Source of the DNA: Eledone cirrhosa | Taxonomy: Eukaryota | Reading direction: 5' to 3' | Length of the DNA stretch: 64,000 nucleotides | Assembly (NCBI GenBank): GCA_964016885.1 | Contig: OZ024751.1 | Coordinates: 37,200,001 to 37,264,000 of the forward strand | Part shown: positions 14,790 to 28,402 of the stretch, one piece after another | Layout of the letters: each line of letters begins with the position of its first letter | How positions within the stretch are numbered: the first letter of the stretch is position 1 | Notes under the pieces: generated by a model | Seen by the model: the letters and a program-made list of their open reading frames with translations, nothing else | The model's database searches: none | What the model was told of the DNA's origin: nothing | Translations under genes and position numbers: made by a program

Positions 14790-14972
14790 CGGTGGATTGG
14801 CAGTATCAGTAGAGGGTCGGACGCCATGCTTTGACGTATAGAGTTACGGCCCTTGCCATTCTGAGTTCAAATCCCGCCGAGGTTAACTTTGCCTTTCATC
14901 CTTACAGGGTCGATAAAATAAAGTACCAGTAATGCACTGCGTAATTGCTGGCCTTGTGCCAAACGTAGAAAC

Positions 14973-14977
<5 letters not shown>
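14790..14977 (+). mobile_element. Young family-A tRNA-derived SINE, near full length
   Basis: A-box-like TGGCAGTATCAG, B-box GAGTTCAAATCC, body CTTTCATCCTTACAGGGTCGATAAAATAAAGTACCAG, end GTAGAAACAATTA; very similar to copies at 18626 and 44640. Confidence 0.9.
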
Positions 14978-15014
<37 letters not shown>

Positions 15015-15055
15015 GTATATTTATATAGTAACCATCACAACCTAATTTTGAAAAA

Positions 15056-15100
<45 letters not shown>

Positions 15101-16112
15101 CACGTGTGTGTAGGTGTCTGTGTGATTTGTAATTATGCTAATTATCTATGTGTATACTGTAGATGCTATATATAATGTAATTAGTTATTCAGTAAACATT
15201 CTTTCATATGTGTTGTGTGGTACAATGTAAACTTCTTTCTTTAACAAACCGGCGCCATTGCTCTCTTGAGATAATTACGAACCAATAATTTTTTCTTTTG
15301 TTCTCTCTGTGGACCGGAAAAAAGTGGATCTGGTCATAGTGCATTACTGATTGGAATCAAATAACCTGTGAATCTACTTAGGTAGATCCATTTTTTCCTC
15401 TGTTTATGGAAAGGAATATAGAATGACATTGGCTTACAACTGTCATAATGTAATGATGTCTCCTGTGTATCAAGAAAAAGACCCCAACATAAAACAACAA
15501 ACAAATAAAACACAAAAACAAATTATCTTTCGCTACACTAGAGAACCATCAGAGAATGAAAATGTGTTTAGATTACAAGTAATTAATATATTATATTACA
15601 ATACACGCTACGGATCTTTATTTTTAAGGGGAAATATTCACTAACAAAAAGTGAGTATAAAAAACATTAGGGAATGAAAAACAAAAGAAAAGTGTAGGAA
15701 GAAATGCGAAGCAAGCAAACAATAACCTTGGATGGCGCTCCTCGGAGAATATCCAGCAATATATTGTAAATGGATTTCTGTATCTTTCCATGATGGACGT
15801 TCATTTGTTTAATCAAGGGAATGGCATATAAATTGAAATAAGTTAAGTTTGACTGAGAATTCCACTGACACTTGCAAACCTATGATTGATCCATCAAAGC
15901 TCATTTGTGTTTTCTCATTTTTTCGCCATTTCTCTCAATTAGCTCACTTCTACTCCTCATAATCGCTACACAACTTGTGCATTACTGATATTTCTGTTCA
16001 CTTGTCTCATGTTAGACGTTTCCTAGCAAATTTTACATGTTTATACGTCTTTGGCATAAATATAAAGCAAGGCATGAATACTGAAGAGGAACACATTCTT
16101 TTCAATATAAGA

Positions 16113-16455
<343 letters not shown>

Positions 16456-17479
16456 TGAAGTTTCGTTTACATGTATTTAGATTCTTATACTGTATTGAAC
16501 TGTTATGTGCGTTTCGCACGAAAGAATATTTTTTGTCGGTATTCCGGACTGAAAACCAGACCAATATTGGAGTCGGGTTCACAACTTCTATGAATGTCCC
16601 TGATCCAATCCTCTGCGAATCGCACGTAACAGTTCGAATTAAACAGTAATTATTGACAATTAGTAACTTTTAAACTTCAAAATTGAACCTTCTATTCAGA
16701 GCATGTTTAATATGTTTAATATATATTGAGAACTTTTTAACACTGGTTACTTAAGTACACTTGTGTGTGTGTGTGTATTTTCGAGTGTCAGTCTGTATGA
16801 TGACTTGTCTTGTTCCACAAAGCTCTGTGATATATATTTATAGGAGAATCTGTATAAGCAATATAATCAACTTTAATATACTTGAGATTTATCAAATATT
16901 AAATTACTTATATATTATGTCCATATTATAGTTTTACTGGTTTCTTTCTTCATACCAGTAATTTCTAAATTATACTTTCACAATACATTTTCCCGTAAGC
17001 ATTGAAAACATCTGGATTATTTTGAGAGGAATTATCGCGAAGCAACCTCCTCTCTAGGTTGTATACGCCCAGTATAATAAATAATATTTTGCAAAAGATA
17101 TAAAGGTCTTAACCTCTACACTGGTGTAGAATTCTGACAAAGATCCTAATCATTTGTGAAATATATTACCGCGGAGATGCTATCATGTTTGTTGCACAGA
17201 TAGAAAAAAAGACAACATAATTTGTAGTCATTTCAAAAATTAGGTTGAAATTAATGATTATGATAGAGAAAAGGAATTTGACATTTTACTTTTATGTAGC
17301 TTCATGTCATATTCGGTAATCGAATTCAATAGAAGGTCAGTTATTGACAGTTGAACTTTTCAATGACGGAGAACTTCTTAACTGTATATTTCTGGCCCTC
17401 ATACCTATAATTGTTCGCAACAAACCCTAAATTGTTGGTATTTATTCCAAAGACATTTATGAATGGTTATTATTGCAAA

Positions 17480-17680
17480 ATCAGTAAAGCGTCGGAAAAC
17501 ATTCTTAGTGGAATAGAGTTACGGCCCTTTACAGTTGAGTAAATATCCCACCGAGGCTAGCTTTTCCTTTCATTCTTACGGGGTCGATAAAATAAAGCAC
17601 AAGTAATTCATTGGGGTTAATTTAATCGACTTTATCCACCCTTAAAATTAGTGGCATTTTGAATCAGAAGGTATTATGAA
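17480..17680 (+). mobile_element. Family-A SINE (diverged) immediately upstream of the 45-bp array
   Basis: TAGAGTTACGGCC...CCACCGAGG...TTCATTCTTACGGGGTCGATAAAATAAAG...TTAATCGACTT. Confidence 0.75.
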
Positions 17681-18660
17681 TTGGCAGTATCGGTAGAGGG
17701 TCGGACGCCATGTTAGGGTGGTGAATTGGCAGTATCGGTAGAGGGTCGGACGCTATGTTAGGGCGGTGGATTGGTAGTGTCGGTAGAGGGTCGGACGCCA
17801 TGTTAGGGCGGTGGATTGGCAGTATCGTTAGAGGGTCGGACGCCATGTTGGGGTGGTGAATTGGCAGTATCGGTAGAGGGTCGGACGCCATGTTAGGGTG
17901 GTGAATTGGCAGTATCGGTAGAGGGTCGGACGCTATGTTAGGGCGGTGGATTGGCAGTATCGGTAGAGGGTCGGACGCCATGTTAGGGCGGTGGATTGGC
18001 AGTATCGGTAGAGGCTCGGACGCCATGTTAGGGTGGTGGATTGGTAGTATCGGTAGAGGGTCTCACACCATGATAGGGCGGTGGATTGGCAGTATCGGTA
18101 GAGGGTCGGACGCCATGTTAGGGCGGTGGATTGGCAGTATCGGTAGAGGGTCGGACGCTATGTTAGGGCGGTGAATTGGTAGTATCGGTAGAAGGTCGGA
18201 CGCCATGTTAGGGCGGTGGATTGGTAGTATCGGTAGAGGGTCGGATGCCATGTTAGGGCGGTGGATTGGCAGTATCGGTAGAGGGTCGGACGCCATGCTA
18301 GGGCGGTGGATTGGCAGTATTGGTAGAGGGTCGGACGCCATGTTAGGGCGGTGGATTGGCAGTATCGGTAGAGGGTCGGAGGCCATGTTAGGGCGGTGGA
18401 TTGGCAGCATCGGTAGAGGGTCGGACGCCATGCTAGGGCGGTGGATTGGCAGTATCGGTAGAGGGTCGGACGCCATGTTAGGGCGGTGGATTGTCAGTAT
18501 TGGTAGAGGGTCGGACGCCATGTTAGGGCGGTGGATTGGCAGTATCGGTAGAGGGTCGGAGGCCATGTTAGGGCGGTGGATTGGCAGTATCGTTAGAGGG
18601 TCGGACGCCATGCTAGGGCAGTGGATTGGCAGTATTGGTAGAGGGTCGGATGCCATGCTT
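17681..18660 (+). repeat. Minisatellite of 22 x 45-bp units derived from the 5' head of a family-A SINE
   Basis: Unit TTGGCAGTATCGGTAGAGGGTCGGACGCCATGTTAGGGCGGTGGA starts at 17681, 17726 ... 18626 (constant 45-bp period). It matches the SINE heads at 14790 and 44640. Confidence 0.96.
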
Positions 18661-18807
18661 TCCAGCATAGTTACGTCTCTTTACGGTCTTAGTTCAAATC
18701 CCGTCGAGGTTAACTTTGTTTTTCATCCTTACGGGATCGATAAAATAAAGTACCAGTAATGTACTGGTTAATTGCTGGCCTTGTGCCAAAAGTAGAAACA
18801 ATTATTA
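18626..18807 (+). mobile_element. Family-A SINE body continuing from the last array unit
   Basis: AGTTCAAATCCCGTCGAGGTTAACTTTG...GATAAAATAAAGTACCAG...GTAGAAACAATTATT. Confidence 0.9.
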
Positions 18808-18867
18808 GGACGTATTAAGAGGCAAATTGTCCAATTTGCTGAATGATCGGATTATATGACCATATAT

Positions 18868-19165
<298 letters not shown>

Positions 19166-19211
19166 AATATATATATATATATCTGTATATAAATATATAT
19201 ATATATATATA

Positions 19212-19636
19212 TCTGTATATATATAAAATTAAGTATGTGTGTGTGTGTGTGTGTGTCTGTGTATTACCTATAGGGGCCTACATCTTTCGACCGATTCTCA
19301 TGAAACTTTACAGGCTCATAGATTAGCGTATGGTTCTTTTTATTCCGGGGTCATTCTGCAGATAAAAATCACCTTTTTTTAGGTATCGAAAAATAAGATT
19401 TTTGGCTCTAGCTCCCACATTGTTCAACCGATTTCGTTCAAATTCGAAACTCCCTCCCCCAGCATGCCCCTTCATCACTCACCCGCATTTCTCAGTGATA
19501 CAGCTCATCACCACCCTCCCCCGCATGGCCTGTGTGTGGCCATAGATGAGTCATCGAGAAGCAGTCGCTAAGATCAACACCTTTTCATCAAAGCAGATAT
19601 TTTACCTACCCAGGCAATGCTGGGTACTACTGCTAG
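19212..19636 (+). mobile_element. Non-autonomous Helitron
   Basis: A|TC 5' end (TCTGTATATATATAAAA followed by (GT)n), internal ACCGATT motif twice, subterminal hairpin TACCCAG-GCAATG-CTGGGTA (19607-19626) and CTAG|T 3' end. These are canonical Helitron termini. Confidence 0.85.
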
Positions 19637-20374
19637 TATATATATATATATAGTAGTGTAGTTAATGCGAAGCACTGTGAGATATGTAGTAAAAGATCAA
19701 TCATTTTCAAAAGGTGTGTACAATGCAGTAGAAAAATACAAAGGGCAAATGATAAATAAACTAAACAAAGTGATATTTTACCCAGTTTATTTTACCCTGA
19801 TATTTCATGATCAAAACACTCTTTTCAAATGCAGAGCTGAAACAGTTGCAAACATATATACATACACAATAAATGCAGTTGTAAACAATAACTTCATCGG
19901 AAATATGGCCTCGGCAAGTGGCTCAACGTAGAAATCAATGTTTCATTACCGTATATCTGGATGTTATCTATTTTTAATTATTTAAAATCTTCTAAAGAAG
20001 TAATATGTGTAATGTTTGTCTGTGCACGCTGATATTATATAAAAAAAAAGCAACCCATAAGTCTCTTTCATGCTCAGATCAATTATAAAAGTTTCTTTTG
20101 CCGATGGAGCTATAGAGCAAATGTTTATTTTTTGTAATTAAATCTGTCAGGATAAATTTTAATTTAGTAATTAAATCTATCAAACAAAATTAAAAAAAGG
20201 TCATCTTAAGAAAAAGGATATTTAAAATTAGTAGACGTATTTCAATGGAACTTTTATAAATCTACTGCTATTAATTACTTTGGGAATATCTATCAGCCTT
20301 CATTTCCCGTCATTAAAACAAAATGAGAAAAAACAATATTATATTATAAAACGCAATTTAGAAAGACAAGATTT

Positions 20375-20739
<365 letters not shown>

Positions 20740-21109
20740 GATATGTACGTACGATACATGTATGTGTGTTTGTGTGAGGGGACGTAAATCAGAGTCTGTT
20801 ATTCACTTTTCTATTATTTTATGAATGAAGACACTTCTTGGAATTACTTTAACTTAAAATAATATAAAATTCCACCGACAAACAAATAATAGTTAACTTA
20901 TCTTTCATTGATTTAATCAATTGATAAAATTCCAATTGTCTAAATATTTTGCCCGGACAGATATGGTTAGTAAATTTTAAAACATTCACTCAAAGAAACC
21001 AAACATATGGAGCTCTCTCTCTCTCTCTCACTCTCTCTCTCTATATATATATATACTGTGTCTTTTTATTGTTATATCTATTTACTTTTTATATATATAA
21101 ATGTATGTA

Positions 21110-21159
<50 letters not shown>

Positions 21160-21184
21160 TGTGTGTGTGTGTGTCTGTGTGTGT

Positions 21185-21328
21185 GTGTGTTTGTGCGGGG
21201 TAGCAATGATTCAGAAGCTCGACAGCCAATATTTGATGCACATAATCATTTAAATATAACGATAATATCTGGTATTTACTTGATCCGAAAAAATTACTGG
21301 AAAGGCAGACGGCCACACACATTTTCAG
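21185..21328 (+). repeat. About 140-bp segment duplicated in inverted orientation at 24588-24735
   Basis: TAATCATTTAAATATAACGATAATATCTGGTATTTACTTGATCCGAAAA...ACTGGAAAGGCAGACGGCCACA occurs as its reverse complement at about 24597-24673. Confidence 0.92.
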
Positions 21329-22378
21329 TTATATGTATTAGAAATGAAAGAATGTTCTTTGTTTGTTGATATTTACATCTCAGTCATGAAAATAAGGAAA
21401 CTCTCATATGATCTGATAGCTGATATTTGGAGAATAATTAATTTCTTTTTTTTTTCTATGGTGGCGGGGATGAACGTCATTTCCTTATAATACATGTAGA
21501 CTTACATATTATAGTTTTGTTCTTTTTTAATGTTTAATATCCTTTGTTTTTTAATGTTTAATATGCATGTTTTCCACTAACTCTCTGCTTATGTTCCAGA
21601 CATGCCTACGAACAAGTTTACACGCAATAACCTTGTTTTGTAAAGTAGCTCAGATTATTTTCACCCAATATAGTCAGAACCCTTAATCTTTTCAGTGAAT
21701 ATATATTTTATTTTATTTACTTTACTTAATTTATGTAATTTTTAATTTACTTTCCATTTATTTCATTTATGAACATTTAAAAATGACTTGTTATATATTT
21801 TATTTACTGCCTTTTGATCAAACGAAGAACAAATTAAATATCTGTTAAATATATTATTCACCTCTAACAAAGATTTAATCTTTATTACTATGACGAATGA
21901 TATTTTGCATAAACACTATATTTGAGAAATAAACGCTGAACATATTTGGTCAATGTGAATATATATAAAATAATATATAGATATTAATTTTGTAATATCA
22001 GTGACGATTCATGAAAAGTCAAAATACATACGCATCTAGGAGCCTGTTAATAGATTTAATTAAATACAATATATATAAATTATTAGTTGTTCATTTTTCA
22101 GATTTCATTGTTTAAGTTCGATAAAGAAAATAATTAGCATGGATAAAATCGTAATTCATATAGAAATAAAAAAATATAGAAAAGGTCTTAAACGAAGAGA
22201 ACAAAATGATATTAGTTTAAGTATGAGACAAGATTTTTAAACGCAAAAGTGCTCATAGACATAATTAGAACACAATCAGCTGAAAACTGAAAATTGTAAG
22301 AAAAAGAAAAGAAGCTGCAATTAAGTGGTCGTTGCAGTTCATTTTGGAAAGTGTTTTTTACATATACCCATACATAGA

Positions 22379-22520
<142 letters not shown>

Positions 22521-23041
22521 TATATATATACATACAAACACTCATATATACATATATACTGATGCACATACGCATTGATACATACACATAAAATGCTTAA
22601 TTCTCTTGTTAACACGTTTGTTAATGCACTAATATATTTGCACCTGAATTATATACTAGAGGTAGCACACCTTTAATATATCCCGTAGAGCTGAAATCTC
22701 TTTTAAAATGTAATAAAACCGCCAACTTCTTAACGCCATGGATCATATGCCTCATGAGTATATTCAGTTCAAATCGTTTGCCAAACTTTATGGGATGCAT
22801 ATATTAAGTGTATTATTGTGAATGCTTTTGAACTTTAAGTTTCCTTTATGCTCTTATAACATGCTGATTCCACCATATGATACTCGTGTAGCTATCATAG
22901 TTCAGCACAACCACCACCGAATTCAACTTTGCTATTTGTCATTTAGGAGTGATTGATGAATTAAAGCATAAAACCACCAATCTAGTGCTATATTTCTAGA
23001 CACACACACGCACACACACTCGCTCTATTATATATATATAT

Positions 23042-23145
23042 AAAAATAAGACTCCAGTTGCATTTTCGATTTCATCTTTTTTTCTTTATACTTTCACTCG
23101 TGTAGGACACCTCGGTTAGTTTTCATTTTGTAAAAAAACCCTCAC

Positions 23146-23152
<7 letters not shown>
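23042..23152 (+). mobile_element. (TA)n-flanked element terminus, second copy at 39988-40098
   Basis: AAAAATAAGACTCCAGTTGCATTTTCGA...CTTTCACTCGTGTAGGACACC...CTCACTTTCTAATATATA in both places. Confidence 0.85.
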
Positions 23153-23181
<29 letters not shown>

Positions 23182-23359
23182 GAAAGGTATAGAAAACATT
23201 GTAGCGAAAAGCCGATATATATATATATATTCACACGCTATGTTAAGATATCAATACATATTTATGTATAATGATTATGTTTCTTAATTTGAAGTGTGTG
23301 TGTCGGGTACTTGGCTCCTCTTCGGTTATGTCGAGGCATGTTTCAGTACATACAATCAA

Positions 23360-23625
23360 GAGAACAGCCTGGTAGTGAAATTAACGTGGAAATATCCGAA
23401 CATTCTACAGACATGTGTACCCTTAACTAGGTTCCCTGGGGAATTCAGTATGTCGCAGAATATGACAAGGCTGTTCCTTTAAATTACATGTATAACTCAT
23501 TTTTGTCAGCTGAGTGAATTGCAGGAACGTGAAATATAATGTCTTGCTTTAGGACACAACGTGCTTCGGGGGGGAATCAAGCTCAAGTCCTCACTATCAT
23601 CAGTCGAATACTCTAACAACTAAAG
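23360..23625 (-). mobile_element. tRNA-derived SINE, family B (near full length, diverged)
   Basis: Minus strand reads TTAGAGTATTCGAC...TTGATTCCC...GTTGTGTCCTAAAGCAAGACATTATATTTCACGTT...TCAGCTGACAAAAATGAG. Confidence 0.7.
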
Positions 23626-23638
23626 CAAATACACACAC

Positions 23639-23711
<73 letters not shown>

Positions 23712-24380
23712 CTATATATATATCGGACACAACGTCCTTATAATTTAATTCTATTTTTGTTTTTATCAAGATACTTTGCTACAGTATTTTGTCTAAATAT
23801 GACGTTTTGTATGTGAGGCGTCATTCGTTTTCTAAATCCACTCGAATAGGCATTAATACTGGAGATAATTATTTATCAGGTGGCAATCAATAAGTAAACT
23901 TTCACCAGCAAATACTTTAGCCAATAATTATTGTTTTCATTCCCCCTCATCATAAATTCATTCATTCATTTCAACGACTGCAACATGCCAATGGTTAAGA
24001 AGCAGCTAGACTATTTAAATTAGAACGATACACAGTTGTGAAACATATCGATCTGCTGATGGTGTCACCAGCTTCAGACGTTTTGACCTTATTGATCCCC
24101 ACTTCATTCCGATAAAGTCTTATTAGTAAGAGTTCAGCTCTAATCAATAGAATGTGTCGTATCTAAGGAGGGAAAATGACCAAAATACCAAGACATTCTA
24201 AAGCCAATATGATTAGGATTTTTATATTTATTTATACTTCTTTACACACACACATACACACACACACACACACACATATATATATGGGTTTCTTGATTAA
24301 AGATGTTCTGGTTATAATTTATTTGCTCCTACAACATAACAGCGATATGTTATATATTTTCATTATTTATAGTTATAGTG

Positions 24381-24494
24381 AGTTCAAATCCCGCCGAGGT
24401 TAACTTTACCTTTCATCCTTATGGGGTCGATAAAATAAAGTACCAGTAATCTACTGGCTAATTGCTGGCCTTCTGCCAAAAGAAGAAACAATTA
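24381..24494 (+). mobile_element. 5'-truncated young family-A SINE with 15-bp target-site duplication
   Basis: TTTATAGTTATAGTG at 24366-24380 and 24495-24509 flanks AGTTCAAATCCCGCCGAGG...AGAAACAAT. Confidence 0.9.
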
Positions 24495-24725
24495 TTTATA
24501 GTTATAGTGTCTTAAATAAGTCTTCATACCGTGCGTCGTACCTGAGTTCAATATTAACTTGCTACAAAAGTATTAGTATATAGTAAATGAAAATTTATGT
24601 GGCCGTCTGCCTTTCCAGTAATATTTTCGGATCAAGTAAATACCAGATATTATCGTTATATTTAAATGATTATGCGCATCAAATATTGGCTGTCCAGCTT
24701 CTGAATATGTGCTTCCCCACACAAA

Positions 24726-24843
<118 letters not shown>

Positions 24844-24846
24844 GGT

Positions 24847-25445
24847 ATGGTAGCTGCCAACTCGTTTTCAAGTACGGCCACTACTTTATATCCATGTAGG
24901 AGAACTCCAACCGATGTGCTGAACGAGTGTGACTTTTTAATCCAGCCAGCGACTTGAAAACTCTGGTACAAACACTACACTTGTGGAATTATTGTCACAT
25001 AGTGCTGGGCTCATGGTACCATGTGACAAGTGCAGAGAGATCTCCAGATATAAAGCAATGTCTGTGCCGTGAAGCTTTTATAGTGAGCAAAGGCACTGCA
25101 CAAAGCCAGTCCCACTCTCTTAACCAAGATGATATTTACCAAAAAGAAGAACAAGTCAACATCATTGGATACCATCAGGGTTGCAGGTGTTATATCAGAG
25201 TTTTACTTCTCCTAGAATTCTGCCTTGACAAAGGCTAAGGGGTCATCTCTCCCGGTGATTTTGGATGGCCATTGGCTCTTAAGAGCTCCTTTGCCCTTTG
25301 ACAGGTTTTGTTTTTAGTTCTGCGGGATGTCCAAAGTCACCCTCCTCACCAAGAAACCTTGGTGGGGTTGCCAGTTTAGTCGCCAACGACCCGACCATGA
25401 GACAGGTTGTACTGGGATACATGTTACCAGTAGCACCAACTGGTG
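24847..25445 (-). mobile_element. About 600-bp non-coding retroposon (RTE-like 5'UTR motif), copy 1 of a head-to-tail trio
   Basis: Near-identical to 25646-26244, 26617-26946 and 61957-62207. It contains TCAGAGTTTTACTTCTCCTAGAATTCTGCCTTGACAAAGGCTAAG, which resembles RTE 5'UTR / RTE-derived SINE body sequence (family call is inference). Confidence 0.75.
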
Positions 25446-25645
25446 ACCTGACATAATATGTATATATGTATGCATATACATATATACATACATACATACA
25501 TACATATATACATACGTATATACATACACACATACATACACACATACATACATATATATATATACATACATATATACATACATATATACATACACACATA
25601 CATACATATATATATACATACATACATATATACATACACATATAT

Positions 25646-26244
25646 ATGGTGGCTGCCAACTCGTTTTCGAGTACGACCACTACTTTATATCCAAGTAGGA
25701 GAACCCCTACTGATGCGCTGAATGAGCGTGACTTTTTAGTCCAGCCAGTGACTTGAAAACTCTGGTAAAAACACTACACTTGTGACAATTATTGACACAT
25801 AGTGCTGGGCCCATGGTACCATGTGACAAGTGCAGAGAGATCTCCGGATATAAAGCAATGCCTGTGCCGTGAAGCTTTTATAGTGAGCAAAGGCACTGCA
25901 CAAAGCCATTCCCACTCTCTTAACCAAGATGATATTTACCAAAAAGAAGAACAAGTCAACATCATTGGATACCATCAGGGTTGCAGGTGTTATATCAGAG
26001 TTTTACCTCTCCTAGAATTCTGCCTTGACAAAGGCTAAGAGGTCAACTCTCCCGGTGATTTTGGATGGCCATTGACTCTTAAGAGCTTCTTTGTCCTTTG
26101 ACAGGTTTGTTTTTAGTCCTGCAGGATGTCCAAAGTCACCCTCCTCACCAAGAAACCTTGGTGGGGTTGGCAGTTTAGTCGCCAACGACCCGACCATGAG
26201 ACAGGTTGTACTGGGATACATGTTACCAGTAGCACCAACTGGTG
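25646..26244 (-). mobile_element. 600-bp retroposon copy 2
   Basis: Near-identical to copy 1; separated from it by a (TACA/TA)n tract. Confidence 0.8.
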
Positions 26245-26616
26245 CTATATACATACATACATATATACATACATACATATACATACATACATATATATAC
26301 GTACCTACATACATATACATACATACATATATATTTATATACATACATACATACATATATACATACATACATATATATACATACATATACATACATTCAT
26401 ACATACATATATACAAACATATACACATACATACATATACACATATATACATATACACATATACATATATATATATACACATACATATATATATACATAC
26501 ATACATATATATTTATACACATATATATATACATACACATATACATACATATACACATACATACATATACACATACATGCATATACACATACATACATAT
26601 ATACATACATATATAT

Positions 26617-26946
26617 ATGGTGGCTGCCAACTCGTTTTAGAGTACGGCCACTACTTTATATCCATGTAGGAGAACCCCTACCGATGCGCTGAACGAGTGT
26701 GACTTTTTAGTCCAGCCAGCGACTTGAAAACTCTGGTACAAACACTACACATGTGACAATTATTGACACATAGTGCTGGCCCATGGTACCATGTGACGAC
26801 AAGTGCAGAGAGATCTCCAGATATAAAGCAATGCCTGTGCCATTGAAGCTTTTATAGTGAGCAAAGGCACTGCACAAAGCCAGTCCCACTCTCTTAACCA
26901 AGATGATATTTACCAAAAAGAAGAACAAGTCAACATCATTGGATAC
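26617..26946 (-). mobile_element. 600-bp retroposon copy 3, truncated
   Basis: Same left boundary as copies 1 and 2; stops at CATTGGATAC. Confidence 0.8.
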
Positions 26947-27088
26947 ATAGGTATATATATATATATATATACACACGTATATGTATATATATATATATAC
27001 ACATATAAGAATATCAAATCAACTTTTTAAATGGAAGTTGAAGTGTAAGGTATGTCAAATCTATCTATTTATAAGACTGTTTATATTG

Positions 27089-27156
27089 TATTTTGTCTGA
27101 TGAAGGCATACCATATTTTTAATATGATATCCCTGAAATATATATAATGAAATAAA
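27089..27156 (+). ncRNA. Candidate type I hammerhead ribozyme (Penelope-like), followed by AATAAA
   Basis: Stem I TATTTTGT / ATGAAATA; CTGATGA 27097-27103; stem II AGG.ATA.CATATT-TTT-AATATG.TAT.CCT; GAAA 27135-27138; palindromic TATATA; ATA cleavage triplet ending 27146; AATAAA 27151-27156. Confidence 0.7.
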
Positions 27157-27194
27157 TATGGTTTTATAAATATAGTTTCCATTTATTTAATATC

Positions 27195-27252
<58 letters not shown>

Positions 27253-27255
<3 letters not shown>

Positions 27256-27775
27256 TGAAAAATGGCGTGCTGCGTTGTTGCGAACATGAATATATGAATA
27301 AAAATAGACAAGGGGTAAAATGTCCTCTTCAGTAGTCTTCTGATTTATTGTTGTTATTTCGACGCATTAAAGACTAGATACCGAAAACCAGTGCGAGCGA
27401 TAACTCAATTGAGTTATCGGGAGAGTGGGAAAATGGAGGGAAGGAAACAAACACATGGTGGTATGCAACGAAAAGAGAGGAAAATAGAGGAAGTCAATGA
27501 ATCACGTGGGCATAAGATCGACATATCAAATTGACGAGGAGAAATAGACACGTCCGAGCCGCGAGAAGATTGAGAGAGGAAAGAAATTCAAGCAGGTCAG
27601 ACGGGAGGAAGTGAGAGGGGGGGAGCAGAGAGGGAGTGAGTGAAAGTGGGAGGAAGGACCAGCCGAGAGTGAGTGACCAGCAGCAGGAGTTGAGGAAGGC
27701 AAGAGGTGAAGGAGAGAGAAAGGGTGATAGCGGTAAGGTAACAGAAAATATACGAACCACAGCGAAGTGTGTGTC
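27253..27775. mobile_element. Unclassified purine-rich element between two (TA)n tracts
   Basis: Sharp TA boundaries, GA-rich core, internal perfect 22-bp palindrome at 27398-27419. Confidence 0.4.
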
Positions 27776-27860
<85 letters not shown>

Positions 27861-27869
27861 TCAATTATG

Positions 27870-27901
<32 letters not shown>

Positions 27902-27919
27902 TGTATATATATGTATATA

Positions 27920-28313
27920 CGAGGGCAATCCCAAAAGTAAGGTATCCTTCCGATATTGCAACTTTTCCGTTCAAATCCTGTGGATGGTTGCTTCGGGAAA
28001 CCTCAGGAACTAAAATGCAGAGACCATCCAGAGTGATCCGCCAATCTTTACGCATGTTTTCCTCGAAAGGAGACCTTACTTTTGGGATTGCCCTCTATAT
28101 AATAACTGCTCGGAATTCGCACTTCGCAGTAGCGTTCAACGGGAGCTCCATTCTCAACGGCTGCCAAGCCAAGATTGAGCATCCCAGCGAAGCGCGCGCA
28201 TGCTTGTTTGGGAGTGAAGGAAGCACCTATCACAACAGTGTTGCCAACAGCCGTACGAACAGTTTCTCTGCGTCCCCATCGCTTTGGAGACCTTACTTTT
28301 GGGATTACCTTCC
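27920..28313. mobile_element. Mariner-type MITE with one left and two right TIRs
   Basis: TA|CGAGGGCAATCCCAAAAGTAAGGTATCC (27920-27947); reverse-complement copies at 28069-28095 and 28286-28313, each followed by TA. Confidence 0.82.
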
Positions 28314-28326
28314 TATATATATACAT

Positions 28327-28399
<73 letters not shown>

Positions 28400-28402
28400 T
28401 AT

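Noticed and set aside
14790-14880. tRNA gene
   Set aside because: A/B boxes are present but there is no cloverleaf; it is a SINE head.
13425-15398. Short inverted repeats at 13425-13463 and 15316-15398
   Set aside because: Arms of 12-16 bp in AT-rich DNA with no TSD or second copy; not distinguishable from chance.
15735-15830. Possible minus-strand exon (IQKSIYNILLDILRGAPSK|GTTATT)
   Set aside because: Weak donor, no clear acceptor, no recognisable homology.
17681-18660. Possible CRISPR-like array
   Set aside because: Units are contiguous with no unique spacers, there are no cas genes, and the context is eukaryotic.
17664-18759. ORFs with 15-aa repeats (MASDPLPILPIHRPN / MLGRWIGSIGRGSDA)
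   Set aside because: By-product of a 45-bp (15-codon) SINE-derived tandem repeat. They are open on both strands, interrupted by stops, and have no gene context.
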